Source: Gemmatimonadota bacterium
Lineage (GTDB): Bacteria > Gemmatimonadota > Gemmatimonadetes > Palauibacterales > Palauibacteraceae
DNA length: 64,000 nt
Assembly: GCA_965116475.1 (NCBI GenBank)
Contig: OZ220691.1
Coordinates: 1,344,001-1,408,000, forward strand
Direction: 5' to 3'
Every line of letters begins with the position of its first letter. Within the stretch, counting starts at the first letter, position 1. Made by a program: the position numbers and the translations under genes. Positions 46,391 through 58,927 of this stretch are shown one piece after another. Below the pieces are notes generated by a model. The model was not told the origin of the DNA and made no database searches. It saw only the letters and a list, made by a program, of their open reading frames with translations.

Positions 46391-47610
46391 CCGGACACCG
46401 CACCAGCCTGGCGCCGGAGGATCTCTACCGGGAGCCGAACGCGCTGGCCCCGGACTACTCCCGCTTCCGGGTCGCGGAGCGGCTGCTCCTCACGGGACAT
46501 TCGCACCAGGCGTGGCCCGACTGCGGGTTCGCGGGACAGCGCCGGGCCTGGGAGGACGCCGCCCGCCTGGTGGATGGGAAGTGGGAGGAGGCGTTCGCCC
46601 GCGGGAATCGGGTCCGCGCCGGGTACGCCGAACTCCTCGGACGCCCGGGGCGCCCGGACGAAGGGGACTACGCGCTGGGTTCGAACACGCACGAACTCGT
46701 GGTCCGCTTCCTCTCCGCCCTGCCCCTGCGCGCGCGACCCCGGCTCGTGACGACCGCAGGGGAGTTCCACTCCATTCGGCGCCAGCTCGACCGCCTGGAG
46801 GAGGAGGGGCTGGCCGTCGTTCGCGTGCCCGTGGAGCCGATCGATTCCCTCTCCGAGCGGCTCGGCCTCGCGACGGACGACGCGACGGCGGCCGTGCTCG
46901 TCTCCGCCGTCCTCTACCGCGACGCCCGTATCGTCGCTGGGCTCGACCGCGTGGCGGAGCGCTGCGAACGGGTGGGGTGCCACCTGCTCGTGGACGCCTA
47001 CCACGCGCTGAACGCGATCCCCTTCGACCTCTCGAGCCTTGGGCTCGAAGGCGCGTTCGTGGTGGGGGGCGGCTACAAGTACTGCCAGCTCGGCGAGGGG
47101 AACTGCTTCCTTCGGGTCCCGCCGGACTGCCGGCTGCGCCCCGCCGTCACGGGTTGGTTCGCGGAGTTCTCGGCGCTGCACGGGGGGAAGGACGAGCGGC
47201 GGGTGCAGTACGGACCGGGAGCGGAGCGATTCGCGGGCAGCACGTACGATCCGACGAGCCACTACCGGGCGGCCGAGGTGTTCGACTTCTTCCGGGAGCG
47301 GGGCCTCGCGCCGGAGTTGCTGCGCGCGGTGAGCCGGCACCAGGTGGACCGTCTCGCGCGGGGGTTCGACGGACTCGACGCGGACCCGGAACTCGTGGAC
47401 CGCGACCGGGAGACGCCGCTCGAGGCCGTGGGCGGCTTCCTCGCGCTCCGGACGCCGCGGGCGCGGGACTTCCACGAGGCGCTCGTGGCTCGTGGCGTGG
47501 CGACGGACTACCGCGACGACCTGCTGCGGCTGGGTCCCGCCCCCTATCTCAGCGACCGGCAGCTGGACGACGCGGTCGCCGCCCTCGGAGAGGTGGCGGC
47601 CGGGTTCTAG
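46387..47610 (+). CDS. kynU: Kynureninase-like PLP enzyme (divergent)
   Basis: GEFHS, VDAYH, GGYKY (PLP Lys), PAVTGWF, RF.GST, TDYR..LRLGP.PY; GTGA-coupled to kynA. Confidence 0.82.
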   Translation: MTGHRTSLAPEDLYREPNALAPDYSRFRVAERLLLTGHSHQAWPDCGFAGQRRAWEDAARLVDGKWEEAFARGNRVRAGYAELLGRPGRPDEGDYALGSNTHELVVRFLSALPLRARPRLVTTAGEFHSIRRQLDRLEEEGLAVVRVPVEPIDSLSERLGLATDDATAAVLVSAVLYRDARIVAGLDRVAERCERVGCHLLVDAYHALNAIPFDLSSLGLEGAFVVGGGYKYCQLGEGNCFLRVPPDCRLRPAVTGWFAEFSALHGGKDERRVQYGPGAERFAGSTYDPTSHYRAAEVFDFFRERGLAPELLRAVSRHQVDRLARGFDGLDADPELVDRDRETPLEAVGGFLALRTPRARDFHEALVARGVATDYRDDLLRLGPAPYLSDRQLDDAVAALGEVAAGF

Positions 47611-47622
47611 TTCGACCCGAGG

Positions 47623-48339
47623 CTAGTCGGATCGGGCAGCGCGCCGCACGGCCCAGTCGAGGTCGGCGCGGCTGTCCACGCCGCGGACCATCGTGTCGAG
47701 TTCGCCGATGCCGCCCAGCTCTGCGGCGGTGACGGTTCGCACCCGCAACCGCTCCAGGAAGCCCATCATCGAGGGCGACGGGTCGCCGGACGCCGCGGAG
47801 CGCGCCACGAGCCGCGCGGCCAGCCGGCCGACCTCCCGCCGATAGGCGGCGCACAGCGGCTGGGCCCGGCCGCGCGCGTACGGCACGACGGCGTCCGACT
47901 CGACGTCGCCCTCGAGTTCACGGCTCAGCCAGGCCACGAGATCCGGCGTGACGAAGGGGAGGTCGCCCGCCAGCACGACGCAAACCGCGCCCCGCACCGC
48001 GTCCAGGCCGGAGGCCACGCCGGCGAGGGGGCCCAGGTCGGGCACCGGGTCGGGCGCGACGAGCAGGCTGCGGCCGCTCGGGCTGCGGAGCGCGACCGAG
48101 CCCGGCGGCCCGGCGCTTTCGGCCTCGGCCGCGCCGGGCTCCCAGCCTTCCGCGGCGAGGGCGCGCCGGAAGGGCGGAACCTCGCGTACCGCCAGCACCG
48201 CGTCCTCGAGCTGCACCGTGGCTTCGAGGATCCGCGACAGGACGGTGCGGCCGCCGATCTCGACCAGCGGCTTGTCGCGGCCGAGGCGGCGGGAACGTCC
48301 GCCGGCCACGATCACGAGCGACCGGTCCGGCCCGCTCAC
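47623..48339 (-). CDS. mobA: Molybdenum cofactor guanylyltransferase
   Basis: VAGGRSRRLGRDK, GPLAGV, AGDLPF, QPLCAAY. Confidence 0.85.
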   Translation of the reverse strand: MSGPDRSLVIVAGGRSRRLGRDKPLVEIGGRTVLSRILEATVQLEDAVLAVREVPPFRRALAAEGWEPGAAEAESAGPPGSVALRSPSGRSLLVAPDPVPDLGPLAGVASGLDAVRGAVCVVLAGDLPFVTPDLVAWLSRELEGDVESDAVVPYARGRAQPLCAAYRREVGRLAARLVARSAASGDPSPSMMGFLERLRVRTVTAAELGGIGELDTMVRGVDSRADLDWAVRRAARSD

Positions 48340-48794
48340 GCTCGGGGAGCCCCCCCGGCGCCCGGCACCGCCGCCCCGGACGCGGGCGCGGACGTGGGCA
48401 CCACGCCCAACTCCGCCAGCAACGCGGCCACCCGCCGCCGAATGTCCTCCCGGACCGCGCGGAACTCCTCCGGCGGCAGGTCCTTCGGGTCCTTCACCTC
48501 CCAGTCCTCCCGCCGCCGCGCGGGCACGTGCGGACACGCGTCGCCGCACCCCATGGTGACGACCGCATCGAATGGCCCGGGCGGCACGTCGTCCAACCCC
48601 TCCGACCGGTGGGCGCCGAGATCGTAGCCCAACTCCGCCATGGACTCGATCGCGCGCGGGTTCACGACGCCCGAAGGCCGGGACCCGCCGCTCGACGCCT
48701 CCACGCCGCCGCCGGCCAGCATGCGGGCGAAGGCTTCCGCCATCTGGCTCCGGCAGGAGTTCTCCACACAGACGAAGAGGAGCCGCGGGCGCAC
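48336..48794 (-). CDS. Arsenate reductase ArsC / LMW-PTP family protein
   Basis: LFVCVENSCRSQMAE, TMGCGDACP, W..KDP. Confidence 0.9.
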   Translation of the reverse strand: MRPRLLFVCVENSCRSQMAEAFARMLAGGGVEASSGGSRPSGVVNPRAIESMAELGYDLGAHRSEGLDDVPPGPFDAVVTMGCGDACPHVPARRREDWEVKDPKDLPPEEFRAVREDIRRRVAALLAELGVVPTSAPASGAAVPGAGGAPRA

Positions 48795-48819
48795 GGGGTT
48801 CTCCGCCGGCCCGTCCCGG

Positions 48820-51102
48820 TCAGCCCCCGAGGACGTTGAACTGCCGGCTGAACTTGACGATCAGCGAGCGGCCCTGCGGCCCGTGCAGATCCTCGATCCC
48901 CTGGATGTCGTTGTAGACGATGAACAGGCCGGTCCCCGCCGTGTTGAGCCACCCGAACCGCACGTTGGCGGAGAAGGTGTCGAGCTGCGTCGAGTACTGG
49001 ACGAGCGACTGCAGGTAGATCCGCGGCGTGAAGAAGTACCCGAAGTTCACCCCCGCCAGCGTCGTGACGAAGTCACCGTGCTCCAGCGTGACGTTGTTGT
49101 AGTCGAGCCGGAGCGACGTGCTGAACGAGGAACCCGGCCGCACGGTCAGCGTCCCGTTCAGGCTGCGGCGCGAACCCGACAGGAATTGGCCGATGTTCGC
49201 CCCGCTGCGGAAGGAGACCTTCGCCGATTCGTTCGTCCAGAACCGCAGCTGCGTTTCCCACCCGTCGTACGTCCCGGCGGGCACGGTCACGTCCGTGCCG
49301 AAGATCGTGAACGGTTCGTACAGCCCTTCCCGGTTCCAGTTCATGCCGGTGTGGGCCTCCATCCCGTCGTTGAACTCCCAGTGCGTGTCGATGTGGAGCC
49401 GCGCAGACTCCTCGAACCCCGGCGCCACGCCCGTCTTGTCGCTCCGGAAGGTGAAGTAGGAGACGTGCGGGCGGATCTCGCGGAAGGTCTCGGCCGGATG
49501 GATGTTGTGCATCAGAAAGACCTGGTAGTACTTGTGGCCCGCCCGCCGCAGGAAGCCCACTTCGGGGTTGAAGTTCTCGCCGAAGTGCTGGTACTGGAGA
49601 TTCCCCCGCCACTTGCGGGTCGTGAGACCGAAGGTCGCGTCGAACGCCCCGTCCGCGTCCGTCAGGCCGGGGGTCGCCGTCCTCGCCCCCCACGCCGTCA
49701 GCGTCCACGCCTCCCCCAGCCCCAGTTGTCCATCCACCGCCCAGGTCCGGTTGTAGTCGCCGGAAGCGCTCCCGTCGCGGTTGATGAAGGCGCCGCCGAT
49801 CCGCGACCGGTTCGGCAGTTCACGCGCCACGCGGGCGACCGAGTACGCGTTCGCGCCCTGGACGCCCTCGATCCCGTCCGTCCCGATGTGCAGCATCCCG
49901 ACGTTGAACCCGGCCGCGCGCCCTGAGACGCGGGCGCCGCCGGTGATCGGGACCTGCCGGCCGTTGGCGATGCCGATGCGGCGGCTGAAGAAGAGATCCG
50001 CGCCGCCGCCCCCGACCGCGAAGAACCCCGCGTTCTCGAGGAAGAAGGGGCGCTTCTCCGGGAAGAGCAGGCTGAAACGCGTCAGGTTGACCTGCTGGTC
50101 GTCCACCTCCACCTGCGCGAAGTCCGTGTTGTACGTCGCGTCGAGCGTCATCCCCCGCGTGAGCTGGAGCTTGGCCTCGCCCCCGAAATCGTAGTTCTGA
50201 TCGAACGCCGTCTGCCCGCCCGCGTAGTCGCGCGCCGTCGAACCCAGCATGTACGGCGTGACCGAGCCGAGGCGCCGGAAGGGAAGCTCGAGCCCCGTCA
50301 GGTGGCCCGCGTAATTGAGCCGGTAGAGGTTGAACTCGCGGGGGACGGCGGACCAGAAGGACTCCTCGTTCCGGCGCCGGATCTGACGGGAGACGTTGAA
50401 GCCCCAGATCGGGTCGGTCCCGTAGCGCAGCGTGTTGAAGGGAATCCGGAACTCGGCGTACCAGCCCTCGCCGTCGCGGCTCGTCGCGACGTTCCAGGAG
50501 CCGTCCCAGTTCTTGTTGAAGCCTCCGCCGGCGCCGGATTGCATGCGCCGCTGGGTGTTGAAGCCGCCCCCAAGGAAGAAGCCGCCCCCGCGGCCTTCGT
50601 TGGCGACCTGTCCGTCGTACTCGATGCCCGCCGGCGTCGTCCCGAACACGAACGCGTTCTGGTAGTCGTGGTAGGTGTCGAACGCGAGCAGGACGTGGTC
50701 GGTCTCGGAAACCTCGGCGTCCCGGATCCGGTCTCCGGGGATGATCGCGGCGGGGTCCTCGTCGAAAGCCCAGACCCCGACGTAGATGGCCTCGTCGTCG
50801 AACACCATGCGCACTTCGGTGCGTTCGGACGCCGGCTGCCCGTCGAAGGGCTCGCGCTGGATGAAGTCCGTCATCACCGGAGCGCCGTTCCAGGCCGCAT
50901 CGTCCAGGGTTCCGTCGATGACGGGAGGCTGTGCCGTGCGGACCGCAAGACCCTCGATGGGAAGGGGCGACGCCTCGTCCGGTTCAGGCTGGCCCGGACC
51001 GTCCTGGGCGCGCAACTCCGGCGCCGGCACGAACAGGACGATGAGACAGGCGATCCCGCAGCTCGGCAGCCCGGGGAAACCGCGGTTTCTTCGGAAGCTC
51101 AT
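48820..51102 (-). CDS. DUF5916-like outer-membrane protein with N-terminal CBM9-like domain
   Basis: PVIDGTLDD..W, WYAEFRIPF..LRY, NTDFAQVEVD..NLTRF.L.FPEKRPFFLE, FFSRRIG. Confidence 0.85.
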   Translation of the reverse strand: MSFRRNRGFPGLPSCGIACLIVLFVPAPELRAQDGPGQPEPDEASPLPIEGLAVRTAQPPVIDGTLDDAAWNGAPVMTDFIQREPFDGQPASERTEVRMVFDDEAIYVGVWAFDEDPAAIIPGDRIRDAEVSETDHVLLAFDTYHDYQNAFVFGTTPAGIEYDGQVANEGRGGGFFLGGGFNTQRRMQSGAGGGFNKNWDGSWNVATSRDGEGWYAEFRIPFNTLRYGTDPIWGFNVSRQIRRRNEESFWSAVPREFNLYRLNYAGHLTGLELPFRRLGSVTPYMLGSTARDYAGGQTAFDQNYDFGGEAKLQLTRGMTLDATYNTDFAQVEVDDQQVNLTRFSLLFPEKRPFFLENAGFFAVGGGGADLFFSRRIGIANGRQVPITGGARVSGRAAGFNVGMLHIGTDGIEGVQGANAYSVARVARELPNRSRIGGAFINRDGSASGDYNRTWAVDGQLGLGEAWTLTAWGARTATPGLTDADGAFDATFGLTTRKWRGNLQYQHFGENFNPEVGFLRRAGHKYYQVFLMHNIHPAETFREIRPHVSYFTFRSDKTGVAPGFEESARLHIDTHWEFNDGMEAHTGMNWNREGLYEPFTIFGTDVTVPAGTYDGWETQLRFWTNESAKVSFRSGANIGQFLSGSRRSLNGTLTVRPGSSFSTSLRLDYNNVTLEHGDFVTTLAGVNFGYFFTPRIYLQSLVQYSTQLDTFSANVRFGWLNTAGTGLFIVYNDIQGIEDLHGPQGRSLIVKFSRQFNVLGG

Positions 51103-51237
51103 TTCACGAACACCTCGGGCGACACGTTGGACGAACACCTTGGACGAACACCTTGAAGGATGGACCTGCATGCCCGGAGTCGAGGAAGGTAACACGTACC
51201 GGCTCCGCACGGTTGCAACGGAGAGCCGTCGATCTTT

Positions 51238-51894
51238 ATGTTCAGAGATATGGACACCGTTCAATCACGATTGCGGTTTTTCCGTAAGGATGTGCAGGGT
51301 TTGTCGCTGCGCGATTTTCGCGGCCGCGTCAACGCGGAGTTGCCCGAGCGCGCCCGCGTGAGCCTCGGCACGCTCTCGAACTACGAACGGGACGGCGGCG
51401 GGTCCCCGAGGGCGGGGCCGCGGGCCGAGTTTCTGGCGGCGCTGAAGCGCGCCTTCCCTCCCCTTCGACTCGAGTGGCTGATTCTGGGCGACGGAGAGCC
51501 GACGACCATCGCCGAGCAGCTCGCCGCGCCCGAAGGCCTCTCCTTCGCCGCCCGGGTGCTGGCGCGTTATCCCGACCTCGAGCTGCTCTCGCCGGAAGCG
51601 TCGGCCCTCTTCATGGCCGCGCTCACGCGGATGGCCATGGGGGAGCCGAAGCTGGCGCTGGATGAAGGGGACCTCATGGAGCTGGCCGGCGACCTCCGCT
51701 GGCTCCTCCTGCTTCCGCCGGGGGCGTGGGGGTTTCACCACGCACCGCCCTACCGGGCGTTCTCCGACTACGCCGTCGCGATGCTGCACGCCCTGAGCCG
51801 GCTCATGCCCGAGAGCGGGGAGGGGGATCCGATCGCGGACCACGCCGCCTCGATTCTCCCCCGGCTGCGCCGCTTCCGGCAGGTCGGTTTCTAG
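51238..51894 (+). CDS. XRE-family HTH putative regulator
   Basis: SRLRFFRK..GLSLRDF..SLGTLSNYER..P.AEFL..LEWLILGDG; start 51238 or 51250. Confidence 0.7.
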   Translation: MFRDMDTVQSRLRFFRKDVQGLSLRDFRGRVNAELPERARVSLGTLSNYERDGGGSPRAGPRAEFLAALKRAFPPLRLEWLILGDGEPTTIAEQLAAPEGLSFAARVLARYPDLELLSPEASALFMAALTRMAMGEPKLALDEGDLMELAGDLRWLLLLPPGAWGFHHAPPYRAFSDYAVAMLHALSRLMPESGEGDPIADHAASILPRLRRFRQVGF

Positions 51895-52038
51895 ACGCGG
51901 CAGGCCTGCTTAGATTCCCCGCCGGGTCTTCGTCGCGGTTTGGGCGGGGCGGTTGCGGAAGGCGAAGGCGGAGTCGTGGCGAGTCTCCGGAACCCGGAGA
52001 CCCGGCACTCAAACTCTTCCCGAATCACCCGGACATAC

Positions 52039-54207
52039 ATGGCAACCCCCATCGACCAGACCGACGACCTCGAGCGCGCGCTCAGCGCCCTCGCCCGCCC
52101 CGAGTGGCGGGACCTCCAGGCCGAAGACCTCCTCGCGATGTATCGCACGATGTACACGTCGAGGACGATCGACGACCGCGAAATCGCGATGAAGCGGCAG
52201 AATCGCGTCTTCTTCCAGATCTCCGGCGCCGGACACGAGGCGCTCCTCGTCGCGGCGGGACGCGCGCTCAGACCCGGCCACGACTGGTTCTTCACCTACT
52301 ACCGCGACCGCGCGCTGTGCCTCGAACTCGGCATGTCTCCGTACGAGATGTTCCTCGGCGCGGTCGGAGCCGAGGAGGATCCGTCGACCGGCGGACGGCA
52401 GATGCCGGCGCATTTCGGTTCTTCGGAGCTGCACCTCGTCACGCCTTCCAGCCCGACGGGCACGCAGTTCAACCAGGCGGTGGGGTGCGCGGAGGGCATC
52501 GCCCGCGCCCGGACCGCCGGGCTCGGCGGACTCGACGCGGTCGCCCCGGATGTGGCATCGGATGAGATCGTGCTCGTGTGCACGGGCGACGGCACGACCT
52601 CGGAAGGAGAGTTCTGGGAGGCGCTCAACACCGCCTCCAACCTGCAGCTTCCCATCATCTTCCTCGTGGAGGACAACGGATACGCGATCTCCGTGCCGGT
52701 GGAGGTCAACACGGCCGGGGGCAGCATTTCGAGTCTCGTGCGGAACTACCCGCACCTCCACATCGAAGAGGTCGACGGGACGGATCCGCTCGACAGCTAC
52801 GTCGTTATGCGGCGCGCCGCGCGATACGTGCGGTCCGGCCAGGGTCCGGCGCTCGTACACGCGCATGTCACGCGGCCCTACAGCCACTCGATGTCCGACG
52901 ACGAGCGGCTCTACAAGTCGGAGAGCGAGCGGGAAGTCGAAACCGAGCGCGACCCGCTCGCCACCTTCGCCGACTACCTCGTTCGCGAAGGCGTGATCGA
53001 AGCCGGCGCCCTCGAGTCGTTCAAGGCGGAGATCAAGACGGACGTCGCCGACGCGGCGGACCGCGCCATGGCCCGTCCGCAGCCGAGCCCCGATACCGTC
53101 TACGACCACGTGTACTCGCCCGACGTCGACCCCGCGTCGAACGCCTTCGAGACGCAGGCCCGGCCGGACCCCGAGGGGAATCCGAAGACGATGGTCGACC
53201 TGCTCAACGCCTGCCTCCGCGACGAGATGCGGCGCGATCCGCGGATCGTGGTGTTCGGGCAGGATGTGGCGGACGCGAGCCGCGAGGAGATCCTCGACGA
53301 GGTCAAGGGCAAGGGCGGCGTCTTCAAGGTGACGCACGGCCTGCAGCGCGAGTTCGGGTCGCTGCGGGTGTACAACGCGCCCCTCGCAGAGGCGAACATC
53401 GTCGGACGCGCCGTGGGGCTCGCCGTGCGCGGCCTCAAGCCGGTCGCCGAGGTCCAGTTCTTCGACTACATCTGGCCCGCCTACCACCAGTTCCGGAACG
53501 AGGTCGCGACCTTCCGCTGGCGCTCCGCGGGCCGCTGGAAGTGCCCGCTCGTCATCCGGACCACGTACGGCGGCTACATCTCGGGCGGCGCGATGTACCA
53601 TTCGCAGACGGGCGCCTCACTGTTCACGCACACGCCCGGCATGCACGTGATCTGCCCCTCGAACGCGGAGGACGCGAACGGGCTCCTGCGGACGGCGATC
53701 CGGTGCGACGACCCGGTGCTCTTCCTCGAGCACAAGCACCTGTACCGGCAGACGTACAACAAGGGGATCTATCCGGGCCCGGAGTACATGATCCCGTTCG
53801 GCAAGGCCGCGCTCGTCACGGAGGGGGACGACCTCACGATCGTCACCTACGGCGCGATGGTGGAGCGCACGCGCAAGGCGCTCGCGAAGCTGGATCGCGC
53901 GGGGGAGCCGGTGCGCGCGGACCTCATCGACCTGCGCTCGCTGAACCCGGTCGACATGGACGCCATCCGCCGCTCCGCGATGAAGACGAACCGGGTGCTC
54001 GTGGCCTACGAGGACGCGAAGTCGTGGGGTTACGGGGCGGAGATCTCGGCCCGCCTGGCCGACGAACTGTTCGAGTGGCTCGACGCGCCGATCCGCCGGA
54101 TCACCTCGACGGACACCTTCATCGGCTACGCGCCCTCGCTCGAAAACGCGTCCCTGCCGCAGGTCGACGACATCGCCGAAGCGATCGTGGAACTCGCCAC
54201 CTGGTAG
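52039..54207 (+). CDS. Fused 2-oxoacid dehydrogenase E1 alpha/beta (branched-chain type)
   Basis: [34 protein letters not shown]; beta part FGQDV, PLAE, EVQFFDY, LEHK. Confidence 0.92.
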   Translation: MATPIDQTDDLERALSALARPEWRDLQAEDLLAMYRTMYTSRTIDDREIAMKRQNRVFFQISGAGHEALLVAAGRALRPGHDWFFTYYRDRALCLELGMSPYEMFLGAVGAEEDPSTGGRQMPAHFGSSELHLVTPSSPTGTQFNQAVGCAEGIARARTAGLGGLDAVAPDVASDEIVLVCTGDGTTSEGEFWEALNTASNLQLPIIFLVEDNGYAISVPVEVNTAGGSISSLVRNYPHLHIEEVDGTDPLDSYVVMRRAARYVRSGQGPALVHAHVTRPYSHSMSDDERLYKSESEREVETERDPLATFADYLVREGVIEAGALESFKAEIKTDVADAADRAMARPQPSPDTVYDHVYSPDVDPASNAFETQARPDPEGNPKTMVDLLNACLRDEMRRDPRIVVFGQDVADASREEILDEVKGKGGVFKVTHGLQREFGSLRVYNAPLAEANIVGRAVGLAVRGLKPVAEVQFFDYIWPAYHQFRNEVATFRWRSAGRWKCPLVIRTTYGGYISGGAMYHSQTGASLFTHTPGMHVICPSNAEDANGLLRTAIRCDDPVLFLEHKHLYRQTYNKGIYPGPEYMIPFGKAALVTEGDDLTIVTYGAMVERTRKALAKLDRAGEPVRADLIDLRSLNPVDMDAIRRSAMKTNRVLVAYEDAKSWGYGAEISARLADELFEWLDAPIRRITSTDTFIGYAPSLENASLPQVDDIAEAIVELATW

Positions 54208-54223
54208 GCGGCCGGGACCGGCT

Positions 54224-55165
54224 TCACTCGGCGGGAGACGTGCCCCCCGACCGCAACTCTTCGAGCGCCTCCAGGCTGCGGGGCCAGTCCTTTCCGAGCA
54301 GGCGGGAGAGGGCCCGGTCCGCCAGCACTTTTCCGCCGGTCTGGCAGGCGGCGCAGTAGTTCGTCTCGTTGTTCGCGTACCGGATCCGCTGCACCGGCGC
54401 GGCGCAGTCCGGACACGGCCGTCCGTACTTCCCGTGCACCGCCATCGCCTCGTGGAACGCGGTCACCTTCTCCGGGAACTCCCCCGCCAGTTCATCGCGT
54501 AGCCGGCGCGTCCACCGTTCGAGCGTGCGGCGCGTGGCTTCGTGGAGTCGGCCGATCTCGTCGTCGTCGAGCCGGCTCGTCCACTTGATCGGCGACAGCT
54601 TCGCGCGGTGCAGAATCTCGTCCGAATACGCGTTGCCGATGCCCGAGAAGAGCCGCGGATCCGTGAGCGCGCGCTTGAGCGTGTGGTTGCGGGCCGTGAG
54701 CGTCGCGCGGAAGGCGGCCGGGTCCACGGTGAGGGGATCGATGCCGCCGGGGTCGTGTTGGGCGAGCGCCTCGGCGCCCTTCACGACGTGGAGCGACGCC
54801 CGCTTCTTCGTCCCGGCCTCGGTGAGCAGGAGGCTCCCGTCGGCGAAGTCGAAGGCGGCGAGACCGAGCCGTCGCGGGATCGTCACGCCGGGATCCCGCC
54901 AGCGGAGCCGCCCCGCGATCATGAGGTGGATGACGAGCCACAACTCCGGTTCGTCCTCCCGGTCATCCGGGGCCGCGAGTCCGATCGCGATGCGCTTCCC
55001 CAGCCGGCGGAGCGCCACGACCTTGCGTCCGTGCGCCTCCGCCAGCGGCGGATCGACGCTCCGGAGCAGGAAGGGACTGCCGAGTCGCACCCGCTCCAGC
55101 GTACGCCCGAGGATGCGCGCTTCCAGCCCTTCCAGGTAGATCGTGATGTCGGGCAGTTCGGGCAT
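54224..55165 (-). CDS. Fpg/Nei family DNA glycosylase
   Basis: MPELPD, GKR, HLMIAG, H2[13 protein letters not shown], zinc finger CPDC..YCAAC. Confidence 0.93.
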   Translation of the reverse strand: MPELPDITIYLEGLEARILGRTLERVRLGSPFLLRSVDPPLAEAHGRKVVALRRLGKRIAIGLAAPDDREDEPELWLVIHLMIAGRLRWRDPGVTIPRRLGLAAFDFADGSLLLTEAGTKKRASLHVVKGAEALAQHDPGGIDPLTVDPAAFRATLTARNHTLKRALTDPRLFSGIGNAYSDEILHRAKLSPIKWTSRLDDDEIGRLHEATRRTLERWTRRLRDELAGEFPEKVTAFHEAMAVHGKYGRPCPDCAAPVQRIRYANNETNYCAACQTGGKVLADRALSRLLGKDWPRSLEALEELRSGGTSPAE

Positions 55166-55205
55166 CGGCGTGATCCGGCGGAGAACCGCTAGCGTCGCGG
55201 CGACG

Positions 55206-56390
55206 CTAGTGGTGACGCTGGTGTGGCGTGCCGCCGTTGGACCGGGGTGCGTGGCCGTGGCCGCGGGCGGCTTCGTTCGGCTTCTCGAGGGTGTTGCGAA
55301 GATCCTGGATGTAGTCCGGGTGCTCGCGGCTGAACGCCGGCCAGTCCTCGTCCCTGGCGACGATGATGCCGCCGATCGCGCCCATCGCGCCGTCCGGCGC
55401 CGGCTGGTCCAGCGGGTTCGAGTACTGGACGGAGATGCGGTAGACGTGGTCCTTCCGGATCCGCACGCCCCCGCGCCACCAGAGCCGGCTGGTGGGCACG
55501 CCGACGGTGCGCCCTTCGCCGTCCACATCGGGCCCCGTTTCCCAGATCACCTTGCCGGCCGTGACATCCTCGAGCCGAATCCAGTCTCCGTAGTCGTGCA
55601 GGTGCCCGCCGACGGCGAGGATCCGCCCGTCCACGGCGGGGCTGCCCTCCCAGCTCCTCCCGTGCGTCCCGGGCGGAAGCGGAAACTCCTTCTCGCCGAC
55701 CGGACCCATCACGTCGAGATAGAACGGATAGATGTCCACGGGCTCGACGAGGCCCGGATCGTCGAACGGCGTGTACGGAAGCCGGATGTGCAGGAAGGCC
55801 TCGTCGCGCGACGCATCGGGGAGCGGGGCGAACATCGCGCTCACGAGCACCCGGGTGCCCGGCGCCAGGGGAACGCCCAGCACGCCCGGCAGAAACTCGC
55901 TCTTCGTCTCCCGGCCCGCCGCGAGGATACGGCGCGGGACGGCGGAGAAGAGTTCGCGGTTGTCGGGGTCGATGACGTTGACGTGATGGAGCAGGCGGTC
56001 GGGGAGCGGGTGGCCCTCGCCGTCCCTCATGCGCCACGAGAACCCGTGCATCCAGCCCGCGACGGGGAGCTCCGCGAGTTGCACCGGGGGCCGGAGGTGC
56101 GGACCGCCGGCTGGCAGGGAGACGGGGCCGACGACGATCTCGAACTCGCGCTCGGCCGCGTGCACCCGCACGTCGACGAGCGGGCTCGCGGCGGGCAGGC
56201 GTGGCGGGGCCGGGTGGCCGGCGTGCGCCGAAGCGCCGTGTGCCAGGTCCTGCGCGGCGGGGGTGTGCGGCGCCTGCTCGTGCGGCGTCAACCCGTGCGC
56301 GGACAACGAGAGGGGGAAAAAGAGGAGGCAGAGGCCGGCGAGGCAGAGCGCCGGCAGGCCTGCCGGGCCGCGCGGGCACCGGTCCCACAT
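55206..56390 (-). CDS. Secreted protein with copper type II monooxygenase (PHM)-like motifs
   Basis: Signal peptide ending [24 protein letters not shown]; His-rich termini. Confidence 0.6.
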   Translation of the reverse strand: MWDRCPRGPAGLPALCLAGLCLLFFPLSLSAHGLTPHEQAPHTPAAQDLAHGASAHAGHPAPPRLPAASPLVDVRVHAAEREFEIVVGPVSLPAGGPHLRPPVQLAELPVAGWMHGFSWRMRDGEGHPLPDRLLHHVNVIDPDNRELFSAVPRRILAAGRETKSEFLPGVLGVPLAPGTRVLVSAMFAPLPDASRDEAFLHIRLPYTPFDDPGLVEPVDIYPFYLDVMGPVGEKEFPLPPGTHGRSWEGSPAVDGRILAVGGHLHDYGDWIRLEDVTAGKVIWETGPDVDGEGRTVGVPTSRLWWRGGVRIRKDHVYRISVQYSNPLDQPAPDGAMGAIGGIIVARDEDWPAFSREHPDYIQDLRNTLEKPNEAARGHGHAPRSNGGTPHQRHH

Positions 56391-56424
56391 CGCGGCGGCT
56401 CGCCTCAGCGGTCCACGCCCGGGT

Positions 56425-56673
<249 letters not shown>

Positions 56674-56879
56674 GCGCGGGAAGATATCCGAGCCCCGAGG
56701 GCTGAGCAATTCCGCCATCCCCCATAAGGGTGGGCGCTGCGTGGGGCACTGGGGGGAGCGCCGGGTGGAGCGCCGAGTGGGGCGCAGCGGCTTGGTCCGT
56801 CGCGCAACAGCCGGTATCTTGGAGGGTTCCCGGCGGACGGCATCCGGACACGGGATCACACAGCGAGAAGGCGGCAGCC

Positions 56880-57805
<926 letters not shown>

Positions 57806-57809
<4 letters not shown>

Positions 57810-58927
57810 GCCCGGCGAACTCCGGCCGGTCCGCGGCCACGGTCTCCGACGCTCCGGCGGCGGGCGCCCCCGGGGAGGGATCGAGCGGGGACCCCGACGC
57901 CTTCCTCGGACTCTCGAAGGAGGAGTGCGTGGAACTCCTCCGGGAGATGATCGTCGAGCGCCGCTTCGAGGAGAAGGCGGCGGAGGTCTACCAGGTCGGC
58001 AAGATCGGCGGTTTCTGCCACCTCTACATCGGGCAGGAGGCCGTCTCGGCGGGAACGATCTCGCCGCTGCGGGACGACGACTACGTGATCACCGCCTATC
58101 GCGACCACGCGCAGGCGATCGCGCGCGGCATGACGCCCAACGCCGTCATGGCCGAACTCTACGGACGGGCGGACGGCTGCTCGAAGGGCTTCGGCGGCTC
58201 GATGCACATGTTCGACAAGACGCTCAACTTCATGGGCGGCCACGGCATCGTCGGGAGCCACCTGCCGCTGGCGGTCGGCGTCGGCTACGCGATCCGCTAC
58301 CGGGGCGGAGACCAGGTCTGCCTCTGTTTCTTCGGCGACTCCGTGGTCAACATCGGCGCCTTCCACGAGTCGATGAACATGGCCGCGCGCTGGAAGCTGC
58401 CCGTCATCTTCCTCCTCGAGAACAACCGCTACGGCATGGGGACCGACTACCGGCGCGTGGCGGCGGTGAAGGAACTCAAGGACCGCGGCCGGGCATACGA
58501 GGGCCTCACCTCGCTCGACGTGGACGGCATGGACGTGCTGGCCGTCCGCCAGGCCATGGAGGAGGCGATCGAGCGGGGACGGAACGAGAAGACGCCCAGC
58601 TTCATCGAGGCGCGCTGCTTCCGCTACATGGGCCACTCGATGGCCGATCCGATGCACGGGACGTACCGGACGCGCGAAGAAGTCGAGAAGTGGCGCTCGG
58701 ATGACCCGATCCTCTCCTTCACCCGGCAACTCATGGACGCGGGGCGGCTGACGGAGGAGGAGTACAAGGCGATCGACCGCGAGGCGAAGGACATCGCCGA
58801 GGAGTCCGCGGCCTTCGCGGACCGGAGCCCCTTCCCCGATTCGGAAGCGCTGTACCGCTACGTGTATTCGGACGGGTATCCGGACGACATGCGGCGGCGC
58901 GACGCGTGGCGGAAGGAGCTGCGCTGA
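57806..58927 (+). CDS. pdhA: Pyruvate dehydrogenase E1 alpha
   Basis: KIGGFCHLYIGQEA, YRDH, GGSMH, GGHGIVG, FGD..ENNRYGMGT, GHSMADP. Confidence 0.95.

Noticed and set aside
48336..48794. Arsenic-resistance operon
   Set aside because: No arsR, arsB or acr3 nearby; it is a lone ArsC/LMW-PTP gene coupled to mobA.
56674..56879. Possible tRNA/ncRNA in the ferredoxin-lipA gap (also 36000-36240)
   Set aside because: No cloverleaf or T-loop/CCA arrangement; only generic GC-rich pairing.
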